A stretch of 64,000 nt of DNA from an uncultured Prevotella sp. (GCA_900322175.1 ONYZ01000010.1:8835-72834); one strand, 5' to 3'; shown: positions 20,855 through 30,404, counted from the stretch's first letter. Notes: a model not told the origin generated them from the sequence alone. Numbers and translations: made by a program.

Positions 20855-22891
20855 TTAAAAAGGCCACCATTTTAACCACCCTTTCTTCTTGGGCGTTTCC
20901 TCCACAAGTTCCTCCTTGGGCTCATCATCTTGTATATCATTACCACCAAACTTTTGAGCAATGTGACTTTCAATTATTTGCGGTTCCTCATACGTAATGG
21001 GCTCGTCTTTCTCTTCAGACGGAATACTATTTTGCGCGCTTACCTGTTGTACATTTGGACGCACCTCATTAGTCGGGCGCTGTTCTGACATCGGATTCTG
21101 TTGATATGGTTTTACAACAGGAGATGCTGGCGGAGTCGGAGTTACATTAACTGGTACAGGTGCTGACGGAGGTGTTTGTTGTTTCTTCTTCAACTCAAAC
21201 TCCATTTTTTCTAATTGTAACTTCAACCTATCGATATCATTACGTAATTGTTGATTATCACTTTTCAAACGCCTTACCTCCTCATTATTTACTGGAGGAG
21301 CCGGGATATAGATGGGGGATTCCTTATCTTTAGAGTCACCAGAACTTCCAAGCTGTTTTTGATAATAATCGATAGAATTTAAAAGTTTATTAGAAGAATC
21401 CAAATAACCAAAGATTGAACTCATATCATCTCTAATAGCAGATAATTGGTCTAACTTAGACAGTTTAGAAAGATTAGAGAAATCCTCATGTATCATCTCT
21501 ACATTCAGATTATCTTCCATGAGCGACAAGAACTGACGATGCCTAATCCTCATATCTTCAGTCAGCTGATCCATCAATTTCTCGAATCCATCAATATGAC
21601 TATTGATTGCAGCGGCATAACGAGAATTCAATTCTCCGATAACCTTTGTCTGTTCGGTGAACAAATCTTCCAATTCACCATCCGCCTTTTGCAGATAACT
21701 CTCTGCTATGTGACTCTTCTTCTCGATACCGTTCACCTGATCCCTGATGGCATTAACAACATCATTACCCAAAATATCTCGCTCATTAAGTTTATCTCCA
21801 AGTCTTTCGATGTTTGCCTCGAAGTTCTTAACACGATCAAGTATCTGATTAATACGCACAGCCACCTCTCTTGGAACGACAAGCGACTCTGAGTAAGCAT
21901 TTTGCAAGTTGATTGCCTCTTGCGCAGCAGCTAACATCATGCGGCGTGCCTCTTCAAACTTGTTAAGCGATTGGGTAATTCCGACAAAGTGGTCAGCAGC
22001 CTCCACATATTTTTCAAGCCCCCGTACAACTTCTTCAGACTTAAAGGTAGAGAGGACAGATTTTTGTAGTTCGATGTTCTCATTAATCTTATCCATATTC
22101 TTACCCATCACATCTACAGCATTGGCCACTATATTAACATTCTTCTCAAAACTATTTCCAAAAGCCTTCGTGCAACGATCAAATGTATTTTGGAATTTAT
22201 CAATAACTTTCTCGAATGCAGGTTCAAACTCATCTACAGTTTCATGGAGTTTTGTAATAGCCACAACAAGGCTTACATCCAACGACGGCATCAATTCTGT
22301 TTGAATAAAGTCGTACAAGGCATTCTTTTCTTCCTCTACCTCTTTCTGAGCTTCTCCTATTCCACCAGTGTTAATTGTCGTTAGAAACAAGCCTATAAAA
22401 CTTGTCGACATGGAGATTAGCACTCCAATTAGCAAGTTACGAATAGATGCATCTCGCAACTCTTCAGAACCATCAAAGCCCCATACAAACATAAAAATAC
22501 CAAGGAAAACTCCGCAGAAAGTTCCCATCAAGCCCACATTCGTTGGAAACGTCAGCTTAGCCATAGCCTGCTCATAGCGCATAGAAAGGTTGCGTTCAAC
22601 TTTATTCTGAATGACCGAAAAATCTGTTGTACCCTTAGTCTTTATTATGTAATGATTTATCTCTGATATAATTTTATTCAAATCATAGCCATCAAATCCA
22701 ACCTGAGCCAATTGTGGCACAGATGAATTTCCATCAACTTTATCAATTACCTTATACTCTTCTCCTTTTGTAAAAAAATTCCTATACAGGTTCAAGCAGT
22801 TTAATGTCTGCCTGAAGTATTTTATCTGATAAAAAAAGAATATAAGAAATATTCCAACAGATACAGCTATTGTTAATTCTAAGTTATTCAT
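20855..22891 (-). CDS. ZorA/MotA-like ion-channel subunit with a long helical cytoplasmic tail
   Basis: Three TMs including PTNVGLMGTFCG and SMSTSFIG; >350-aa coiled tail; Pro-rich linker. Confidence 0.7.
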   Translation of the reverse strand: MNNLELTIAVSVGIFLIFFFYQIKYFRQTLNCLNLYRNFFTKGEEYKVIDKVDGNSSVPQLAQVGFDGYDLNKIISEINHYIIKTKGTTDFSVIQNKVERNLSMRYEQAMAKLTFPTNVGLMGTFCGVFLGIFMFVWGFDGSEELRDASIRNLLIGVLISMSTSFIGLFLTTINTGGIGEAQKEVEEEKNALYDFIQTELMPSLDVSLVVAITKLHETVDEFEPAFEKVIDKFQNTFDRCTKAFGNSFEKNVNIVANAVDVMGKNMDKINENIELQKSVLSTFKSEEVVRGLEKYVEAADHFVGITQSLNKFEEARRMMLAAAQEAINLQNAYSESLVVPREVAVRINQILDRVKNFEANIERLGDKLNERDILGNDVVNAIRDQVNGIEKKSHIAESYLQKADGELEDLFTEQTKVIGELNSRYAAAINSHIDGFEKLMDQLTEDMRIRHRQFLSLMEDNLNVEMIHEDFSNLSKLSKLDQLSAIRDDMSSIFGYLDSSNKLLNSIDYYQKQLGSSGDSKDKESPIYIPAPPVNNEEVRRLKSDNQQLRNDIDRLKLQLEKMEFELKKKQQTPPSAPVPVNVTPTPPASPVVKPYQQNPMSEQRPTNEVRPNVQQVSAQNSIPSEEKDEPITYEEPQIIESHIAQKFGGNDIQDDEPKEELVEETPKKKGWLKWWPF

Positions 22892-22893
22892 GT

Positions 22894-25800
22894 CTAAATC
22901 TTAGTCAATTCAAATATTCGATTAATCACTGGCAAGAAGAATACGGAATCATTATAGAACACCTCATCGCCATACTTTTCCTTAACCTGGGATTTGTAAT
23001 ACGTTGTAAGAGGAGTACCCATGTCCTTTTTCGCTTCCTTTGTATACTTAGTTGTATCAGCTGTGCTATCAATAATACGTTCCTGTTTCAGTTTGTCCAA
23101 TACAGCTTTGTACAACTCATTAAGCTCTTCATACTTACCAAGAAGTACATTCTTCAATGAATCGAAATTCTCATTAATATCACTTACTTTCTGATATTTT
23201 TTAGACACATCGCCCTGATAAACAATATCCTTTACGTTCTCTTCATTAGGGTCACGATATAAGCCACCATAGCAGGTTGACTCCTTTCGCTCCTCTGGCA
23301 ACTTTAAATTAACATCAGAATGTTCGCCAAATACACGCTCGAATATCAAGTCTATGATACTCTTAAGCGCACTTGAATCAGACGAAATGAAGTTATCAAT
23401 ATACTTACTACCATTACCACTAAACACAACTGTACGAGGAGCCTGCAGATTATTGTCCTTATACATACTTGCCATATAATAAAGGATAGAAGTGAGATGA
23501 TATATAAATACTGGCTTAAAATCTTCTCTCATGAATTTTGTAATGTTACAATACTCATGATTACTCAGCCAGAAATTAATAATATCTTTCGTTTTCAAGC
23601 TATCCACATTCTTAAAGCTATCGTTCAAGTCTTCCAAATCTTTTCTTTCAAAGCGCAGATTCTCCGCATATCTTTTATAGATACCGTTTTCACGCTCGTT
23701 TTGGAATTCTATGAAACCATTTTCCCAAAGCACATCGCATCCAAAGTGTACAGAATTTGCCACCTGAGGTTTATTGTCTTTGAAATACACGAAATCAGTA
23801 GAACCGCCACCAATATCAATCACGGTAACTGCTTCAGAATTCCTGATATAGTCTTTCTTTTTATAATAATAGTAAGGTGCTTCGGATTCTGAATATTGTT
23901 TAATCTGCCCAGGTTCAATAAATAGTATATTCTTGGGTTCAGATATCCATATATCATTATAAATTGCTTTTTCCTTTCCTGAGAAGCTTAAGGGACTAAA
24001 CCATACAAGTTTAGTTCGATCAAGATCTCCATTACGCTGTAAAATGTCACACTTAATTATTAATAACAACTCACGCACAAAGATACGGAGCATATCCTCG
24101 TTATTCTCCCACTTAATATCTGTATGAACATCTTGGTCGTCATTAGCCATCATGCGCTCATAGAAAAATGCAATATTGTGATTATCGAACAATCTTGGCC
24201 TTTGAGACTTATTATGAATACCACATAGAGCCGTTCTGATTGGGAACTTGTAACAATCACCGTCAATAATAGCAGGAATAAACTCTGTCTTAATTTTATT
24301 CTTAGCTTTTACAAAAATAGAGTCTTCTATTCTGCTAGCCAACGAGAACTGATCATTCTCTGGAATTTCATGCATAAAGTTTACCATCGGACGTTCCATC
24401 TTAAATAGTTCTGGTTTTCTACTTAAGTCGGGTTTCCCGTCTGCATTGTTTTTGCATCTAGACATAAAAGTGTTTGATGTTCCCAAATCAACGGCATACG
24501 TAAATGTAACATCCGTAGCCTGACTCTTCTGCCATACAGGACGCAAGAGGCCAGTGTCACCAAGAACGTTTACTTCGATAAGATCAAATGAAGTATTAAA
24601 CAACTCATAGAATTTGGTTCCGCTTTCTTCAGAATCCGTTTTCTGTCTTGAGCGTACTACTGCAGGATATGTTCCATAGCTAGCACCCTGTTCTCGTTCA
24701 ACCTCACCTATTGCCTTTCCGTTATTAAAGAATGACAGCGAAATCTGGTCGATATTGAAATGAGGCGCTTCTGGATCTTCATCTGCAGCAACAATAAGCA
24801 CCTTAAAATAATTATTCTCTTGTTCCTTATACGAAAGGATATTGGGGAATAAACCTAAGTCAAAACTTACCTTTGCCTTCTGCAAATCTATAATTCTGCC
24901 TTGTCCATCACGGAATGGCTCAAAAGCATACTCTTTCTCATATTCTTTTCCATTATAGCGTAAGTGTGCCGTTACGGAATTACGATTAAGATGAATATCG
25001 GCATCAATTTTTCCATCAGGAAACAAATTAACGACATCACTCTTAAATGGCATCAAGTAATCATAATCACGATCATTAGAGTCGTTCTGATAGATAACAC
25101 TTTCAAACGTTTCTCTTGAAATACGATATGGTATACGTATCAGATTTTCAGTGAAGAAATAATTCACATCTATCTCGTCAAGTTGACGAATATTCAAACC
25201 ATTGATAACCAAGTCATCGTTCTGATCCGTTTTCACAGATACCGTTGCAGGGATTCTATCATTACGAATAGAATCATCTTTATCTTTAAAACTTCTAATA
25301 AATTCTTTTATTGTTTTGAATCGCTCATTACTATCTCCTGTACCAAACAGAATATTGAACATGTAATTCTTAAAATCTTCATCACGTTCAATAAACGACT
25401 TTGATTCACGGAAATACATACCTCCCGATTTTCTCCTGATATTGAGATTCTTATACTGTTCACCTACAAAATCCTGAGACTTAACCCCATCTTTCTTTAC
25501 AGTAATCTTATCGAGATCAGGCGGTGTAACAAATCCTGTCATTGGTGAGCTACAAGCCAATAGCATCTCCTTGCCATTTTCTGTATAAACAAGAAAGTAA
25601 AGCTTGTCTTCTATGATATCCGTCTTATAATATTCAACTACAGAGTTATAAAGAATTGGCATTTTCTTCTTTATAATCTCCATATTCTCGTTAAAGTCCC
25701 ATTCACGCAATTCTATCTTCTCACCGTTCTTCCATGTGTTATTTTCATGATACTTCCTATTGAACAGCAATTCATAGACGTCAAGAATGTCCGATACCAT

Positions 25801-26043
25801 TTGAGTGTAAGCCAATCCGGCTTCCTTTGATTCATCCACATTTTCCTCCATGACACGTCTGAAAGCCTCACGTGCCACAAAGAAACGAGCAAATGGTGTT
25901 GGTAAAGAATTAAGAGCCGATGAATTATCTGTTTTCTGCTCTACAACTTTATCCAAACTATCTGCTGTAAGAGCAATATCTTCAGCAACCCATTTTGTAC
26001 CTTCAGCGCCACGGTCTACAATATTTAGATCTATTCTTGACAT
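22894..26043 (-). CDS. Large actin/Hsp70-fold (ASKHA) ATPase
   Basis: AVDLGTSNT (phosphate-1), SESEAP, IDIGGGSTD (phosphate-2), FSGNGSKY (adenosine), ESTCYGGL. Confidence 0.75.
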   Translation of the reverse strand: MSRIDLNIVDRGAEGTKWVAEDIALTADSLDKVVEQKTDNSSALNSLPTPFARFFVAREAFRRVMEENVDESKEAGLAYTQMVSDILDVYELLFNRKYHENNTWKNGEKIELREWDFNENMEIIKKKMPILYNSVVEYYKTDIIEDKLYFLVYTENGKEMLLACSSPMTGFVTPPDLDKITVKKDGVKSQDFVGEQYKNLNIRRKSGGMYFRESKSFIERDEDFKNYMFNILFGTGDSNERFKTIKEFIRSFKDKDDSIRNDRIPATVSVKTDQNDDLVINGLNIRQLDEIDVNYFFTENLIRIPYRISRETFESVIYQNDSNDRDYDYLMPFKSDVVNLFPDGKIDADIHLNRNSVTAHLRYNGKEYEKEYAFEPFRDGQGRIIDLQKAKVSFDLGLFPNILSYKEQENNYFKVLIVAADEDPEAPHFNIDQISLSFFNNGKAIGEVEREQGASYGTYPAVVRSRQKTDSEESGTKFYELFNTSFDLIEVNVLGDTGLLRPVWQKSQATDVTFTYAVDLGTSNTFMSRCKNNADGKPDLSRKPELFKMERPMVNFMHEIPENDQFSLASRIEDSIFVKAKNKIKTEFIPAIIDGDCYKFPIRTALCGIHNKSQRPRLFDNHNIAFFYERMMANDDQDVHTDIKWENNEDMLRIFVRELLLIIKCDILQRNGDLDRTKLVWFSPLSFSGKEKAIYNDIWISEPKNILFIEPGQIKQYSESEAPYYYYKKKDYIRNSEAVTVIDIGGGSTDFVYFKDNKPQVANSVHFGCDVLWENGFIEFQNERENGIYKRYAENLRFERKDLEDLNDSFKNVDSLKTKDIINFWLSNHEYCNITKFMREDFKPVFIYHLTSILYYMASMYKDNNLQAPRTVVFSGNGSKYIDNFISSDSSALKSIIDLIFERVFGEHSDVNLKLPEERKESTCYGGLYRDPNEENVKDIVYQGDVSKKYQKVSDINENFDSLKNVLLGKYEELNELYKAVLDKLKQERIIDSTADTTKYTKEAKKDMGTPLTTYYKSQVKEKYGDEVFYNDSVFFLPVINRIFELTKI

Positions 26044-26045
26044 AA

Positions 26046-27443
26046 TTAAATCTCCATTTTTTTAGTATAATAGTTAATAGCATCATATGCAAACTGTAGG
26101 AAGAATCTAAACTTATTGCTATGTTCTTTATCCTTGTATGCATTACTTGCTTTAATCATCTCCAAAAGGTAATACGAGTCGTTCTTTGCATCCAATTCCA
26201 TATGTTTAATCCATCCCGACATATGCTTAAGATCATCATAATGCAATGGAGCGAAAGCACGCTTATTAGTAGCCAATTCATGATACCACTTGAAATAAAT
26301 ATCAGTAAACTTCTTCAGATTTTGGAAAGGCTGATCTTTATAGAAAGCACTATTCAGACCTCTATTTTTAACCAATGGGAAGAATGACTCATTGGGGACA
26401 TCATCTATCAAATGTCTTAACAACATATAATCAGCTACACACTTCACAATATCATTATAGCCACTACCAAGCGAGGATATTGACATAGATTCCTTATCAT
26501 CTTCAATTGCCCTTGACAAGAATTGTTGAGTGGCAGGTTTTTCTCTTTTTAGGAAATCAAAAAGAGAAGATGCAGCAATTAACTCGATAAAGTTCGCTGT
26601 ATCCTCTTGTTTAGCCTCGTCGTTCTCGTAAACCTGACGCAAAGTTTTCTCTCCTATATAATACAAATAATCCGACTTGATATTTTTATCATAATACGCA
26701 AGTGCAGCTTTTGTTTTGGTATAGAAGTTCGTGCTATCAATGTCACTACCTGTATTTGAAGGATCTTTCAAACCGTAATAAGGCAACACAGTAACAGCAC
26801 CCATTACAACATTCTTAACAGCAGGCTGCTGCGAAGCATTTCTAATTTTCTTTTCTATTAGAGGAAAACCAGAAGCTCCTGTTCCACCAAAGATTGAGCT
26901 AATAATAAATACTCTGTCGTCTTTTTCGCAATGAATCTTAAACGCCTTAAACCAATCTGCCTGTTCTATCATCTCGCCAAGAACTACAGTTCCAACGTTT
27001 GGGTTACCTTTGAAGCCCACCGACAAAGGGTTATTCAGGCTCTTTGTAGAAAAAAGCGTTTCAACGAAATAGTTATTAATATCCTTGGTATCAAGATTTG
27101 ACATATTAATGTAAGAACGGAACTTCTCGTTGCTCCCTACAGCCTGACGAGTATCATTCAACTGATTGTTAATTTCTCCAATAGTTTGCATTTCTGAATT
27201 AAAGAAACCTTCTAGTGGATTTAACGTAGATGTTCCATTATCTATAGTCTTCTTATATATTGTTTCATATAAATCAATTAAAGAATGAAGATTCTTCTTT
27301 TCTTCCAAATCCATATGAGGATCCAAGATTATAGGAACAACAGTATATCCATTTGTACTCATACCACTGGCCATCAACATAGTAATGCTTTTCATTACAC
27401 GAATACCAGTACCTCCTATACAAAAAACAAACACCTTCTTCAT
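26046..27443 (-). CDS. Divergent tubulin/FtsZ-like GTPase
   Basis: FCIGGTGIRV (T1 loop), GFKGNPNVG, SSIFGGTGASG (variant of GGGTGSG), VTVLPY. Confidence 0.8.
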   Translation of the reverse strand: MKKVFVFCIGGTGIRVMKSITMLMASGMSTNGYTVVPIILDPHMDLEEKKNLHSLIDLYETIYKKTIDNGTSTLNPLEGFFNSEMQTIGEINNQLNDTRQAVGSNEKFRSYINMSNLDTKDINNYFVETLFSTKSLNNPLSVGFKGNPNVGTVVLGEMIEQADWFKAFKIHCEKDDRVFIISSIFGGTGASGFPLIEKKIRNASQQPAVKNVVMGAVTVLPYYGLKDPSNTGSDIDSTNFYTKTKAALAYYDKNIKSDYLYYIGEKTLRQVYENDEAKQEDTANFIELIAASSLFDFLKREKPATQQFLSRAIEDDKESMSISSLGSGYNDIVKCVADYMLLRHLIDDVPNESFFPLVKNRGLNSAFYKDQPFQNLKKFTDIYFKWYHELATNKRAFAPLHYDDLKHMSGWIKHMELDAKNDSYYLLEMIKASNAYKDKEHSNKFRFFLQFAYDAINYYTKKMEI

Positions 27444-27449
27444 GTCAGT

Positions 27450-27896
27450 TTATTTTTTAAAGATTCTACATGCATTTGTTGGCAAGTTCGAATTACACCA
27501 AACAATTGATGTAAAGAAATACATCACAACAGCATATAACCCATTGCATATAGCTATTTTAGCTTCTAACCATGTTGCACCCTTTACCGTTGGTTTTACA
27601 GCAAAATACTCGAAGCCAAATGTTAGGGCAAACGTTACGCCTAAAGTTAAAAAAAGGAAGAATGCCCAATGGCCTAATGTGTAACGTCTGCCAGGTTTGT
27701 CATTATAAGGTTTATAATAATAGGCAGCAAGAGATATGCCTAATACAATAAATATCAGGAAAATGATAATAGAAAGATTATCCAATTTATCCCAAAAGTT
27801 CTTTGCTTGCATATACAATTTTTCATTCTCACGGAATGATTCTATAAAATCTGACTTTGAGCCAGCAAACCAATTGTACAATTTCAGTAGTTTCAT
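27450..27896 (-). CDS. Three-TM hypothetical membrane protein
   Basis: Three hydrophobic segments; tightly coupled within the operon. Confidence 0.75.
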   Translation of the reverse strand: MKLLKLYNWFAGSKSDFIESFRENEKLYMQAKNFWDKLDNLSIIIFLIFIVLGISLAAYYYKPYNDKPGRRYTLGHWAFFLFLTLGVTFALTFGFEYFAVKPTVKGATWLEAKIAICNGLYAVVMYFFTSIVWCNSNLPTNACRIFKK

Positions 27897-27899
27897 TTT

Positions 27900-29150
27900 T
27901 TATGAATTTTTAGATATCAAGATATAATTTGGTTTTAATGTTTTATTTGTAACACCACCATAGAAGATGCCACGAATAAAACTATCAAGAGAATATGACT
28001 TGGTCGGGTCACTCTCTACGTCTCCAAAGAAAGCTGCAAACTTAACAACATTCAAATCAGGAAGTTCTAAGCTCCATTCTATCACTTCTGAATCCATAGC
28101 CATGTCATACAACTTTAGCTCAACAGTTGCTACAGCTGTTCGATGAAGTTCCCTATTCGTAACATTTTGAACATCAATCTTAACATCACCAACACTTACA
28201 TTTGAACCATAAACAGTTTCACATTTAAATGCTTTTTTGAAATAAGTGGTATCTTCCATCAGCCAACGATATTTTGCAAGGTCCACCTTTAGATTTACTA
28301 CACAAGTATCGCTTGCTGACGTATCAAAATCAATAAAAGTAGGCTCTTCTCCTAATTGAGTGCAATACCTAGGCATACCAAAAGAATAGGATGGTGCGCC
28401 ATAATCAAAACCACTTTCAATGTTATCTACAAAATGATGATTATTATCAAGCAATGTTGATATACAATTACGCATATACGCCACCTCGCCAGCATTTCCT
28501 ATCACAAAGTAGTAATAAGGAGAAACTTCAACTCCCGATTTCTTATCTAAATAGTTTGAAGTTGCTGCTATAAGAGATAACGGTTTGTGAAAAGTTCCCA
28601 AAATACGACTCACATCAGAACTATATTGCTCCATCAAGACCTTAGGTGCTGCAGCACCAACAGGGCTATATTTCATATCAGATATAAGCACGGCAACTTC
28701 ACCGTTCTCGGGTTTAACATCGTTAATTATCGATGCCAACATAATAGGAACCTGGGTTGAAGCAGACGACACGAAAGAACCAGTATTCATCTGTTGTCTG
28801 AAGTTATCAATAGACATTCTGACACCTGCACTCCCATTATTAGTCAAAATCGTCACATCGGATGGAAGAGTAGAAAAGTAGCTCATTATTCCCCAAACGT
28901 CAGTTTTGAATTGGGTCGGTTGATTGGCTCTAAAGAAGCCATTCATACTTCCAGAAACCTCTATATAATATTTTATCTTTACAGGCTGAATAATACTGAA
29001 CGATGCGGCGGAATCAGAATCACATTGATAATAACCATCGGATGAAAAATGAGGATCGCCAACTGTATTCACCTCACTGCAGGATAATGCAGAAAAGCCT
29101 CCAATGATTAATAAGAATGCAACAAAAAAGATACTTTTTTTCATCGGCAT
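27900..29150 (-). CDS. Lipoprotein with a vWA-like domain
   Basis: Lipobox ALSC; YYIEVSGSMNG (MIDAS-like ExSxS) and VLISD. Confidence 0.6.
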   Translation of the reverse strand: MPMKKSIFFVAFLLIIGGFSALSCSEVNTVGDPHFSSDGYYQCDSDSAASFSIIQPVKIKYYIEVSGSMNGFFRANQPTQFKTDVWGIMSYFSTLPSDVTILTNNGSAGVRMSIDNFRQQMNTGSFVSSASTQVPIMLASIINDVKPENGEVAVLISDMKYSPVGAAAPKVLMEQYSSDVSRILGTFHKPLSLIAATSNYLDKKSGVEVSPYYYFVIGNAGEVAYMRNCISTLLDNNHHFVDNIESGFDYGAPSYSFGMPRYCTQLGEEPTFIDFDTSASDTCVVNLKVDLAKYRWLMEDTTYFKKAFKCETVYGSNVSVGDVKIDVQNVTNRELHRTAVATVELKLYDMAMDSEVIEWSLELPDLNVVKFAAFFGDVESDPTKSYSLDSFIRGIFYGGVTNKTLKPNYILISKNS

Positions 29151-29199
29151 ATATATGTCGCTTATTGAACTCCCAAGTTTCAGCGTTTTAGTTTTAGGT

Positions 29200-29501
29200 T
29201 AAAAATATAGACGTGGGAATCACTACTTCTCGCTTATCCCACGTGCTGGCTCTCGCATTGCCCATATGTAAGGATAAGCAACTTGAGCTAGCCCACGCCG
29301 TGATATACTGTAATAGGATACAATACATACAACGCGGACGTCACAGTTGCGTATCTTCATACATATGTTGTAGATTTGCGAGATCTGCACGTTGAAGATA
29401 ACGTCCGTAAACGTCCTTTTTCCAATAAGTTTCGACCACCTCACCCTTTCAGGTTACACGAGTCAAGTGCAAAGATAAGGTGTTTTTCTGAATTCTACAA
29501 A
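29200..29501 (-). promoter_or_regulatory. Operon promoter (-33 TTTG, -7 TATCTTTG at 29470-29477) with a ~300-nt structured leader
   Basis: Promoter consensus plus several nested complementary segments. Confidence 0.6.
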
Positions 29502-29625
29502 TATTTATAGCATTTTTTCATAATCCCCCCCCAAAAAAGAGTTAGAACTTTGCTGAAAAAGCATCTTGCAACAAAAAAGTCCCAAAATATTTGGAACTTA
29601 TTGAAAATGTTCTTATCTTTGCACC

Positions 29626-29726
29626 GTCAGAACATTAGTTATGGCTATCCGGGTAGAATCCCGCGTGGGGTAAGGCTTTATCGATACTGCCCATTTAAAA
29701 CCACCCGAAGGTGGTTTTATTTTTTT
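29626..29726 (+). ncRNA. Putative ~100-nt small RNA
   Basis: TTTG-20nt-TATCTTTG promoter (29590-29621) and AAAACCACC/GGTGGTTTT terminator enclose only a 10-codon ORF. Confidence 0.55.
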
Positions 29727-29789
29727 GTATTTCTTCGTAGCAGGCTTCTTTCGTTTCGACTCGATGAGGATCATTCTGCCTTATCTATT

Positions 29790-29885
29790 AATAATACAAA
29801 TGGCCAGCACTGGTGTTTCATTCGCGAATCAAAAACGCCCTTCTTCTGCATGTCTGCAAGGTCGCGCTTAATAGTTCTCTCAACT
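29790..29885 (-). pseudogene. Frameshifted C-terminal HTH remnant
   Basis: ERTIKRDLADMQKKGV followed, out of frame, by NTSAGH-like residues. Confidence 0.45.
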
Positions 29886-29910
29886 AGTGACAAAACTAGT
29901 GACAACCACG

Positions 29911-30192
29911 TTAATACATTAATTCATTAGTTCATTTCGTGAACGCAGGTACACAGGTACGCAGGTACATTTTATAAAAAGCAAGCGATAGTAACACACA
30001 AGTTAATTTATATTATATATTGTATATATTATAATATATATAATATATAATATAAATATATAATAATAGAAATATAATTATTATTTTCTACCATCCCATT
30101 GGCATCTTACTCCCATCTTCGGAAATGAAAATGTACCTGCGTACCTGCGTTCGTGCGATTTCGCAAAATGAATTAATGAATTAATGTATTAA
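29911..30192. repeat. ~60-bp imperfect inverted repeats around an almost pure-AT core
   Basis: TTAATACATTAATTCATTA...GAACGCAGGTAC...GCAGGTACATTTT (29911-29973) mirrored at 30128-30192. Confidence 0.8.
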
Positions 30193-30194
30193 TC

Positions 30195-30253
30195 ATAGTA
30201 CGGCAGAATCTGGTAGATAGTTAACGAGTATCTGGTAGATTCTGCCGTACTAT
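30195..30253. repeat. 17-bp perfect inverted repeat with internal direct repeat ATCTGGTAGAT
   Basis: ATAGTACGGCAGAATCT / AGATTCTGCCGTACTAT. Confidence 0.85.
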
Positions 30254-30404
30254 CTCTAACTATTATGGCTCTAGGGGTAATCAGAAACGATTATCCATAT
30301 ACAAAGGTGGTAAAATCATAGGATTTTCATCAAGATTCGCAAGAAAAGTGCTTTTTTGCTCAAAATTATTTGGAAGATTCAAATATACTTCGTATCTATG
30401 CAGC

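Noticed and set aside
20039..22891. Canonical Zorya type I/II, flagellar MotAB or ExbBD/TolQR
   Set aside because: No ZorC, ZorD helicase or ZorE HNH gene; no flagellar or TonB genes nearby; the long tail and OmpA-like domain do not fit ExbBD
26046..27443. Housekeeping ftsZ (with ftsA)
   Set aside because: Signature is FGGTGASG rather than GGGTGTG, there is no FtsZ C-terminal peptide or dcw context, and the ATPase is far larger than FtsA
29213..29930. ORFs 29213-29395, 29223-29444 and 29550-29930
   Set aside because: Non-ATG starts; they cross promoters, a terminator and structured RNA; no motifs
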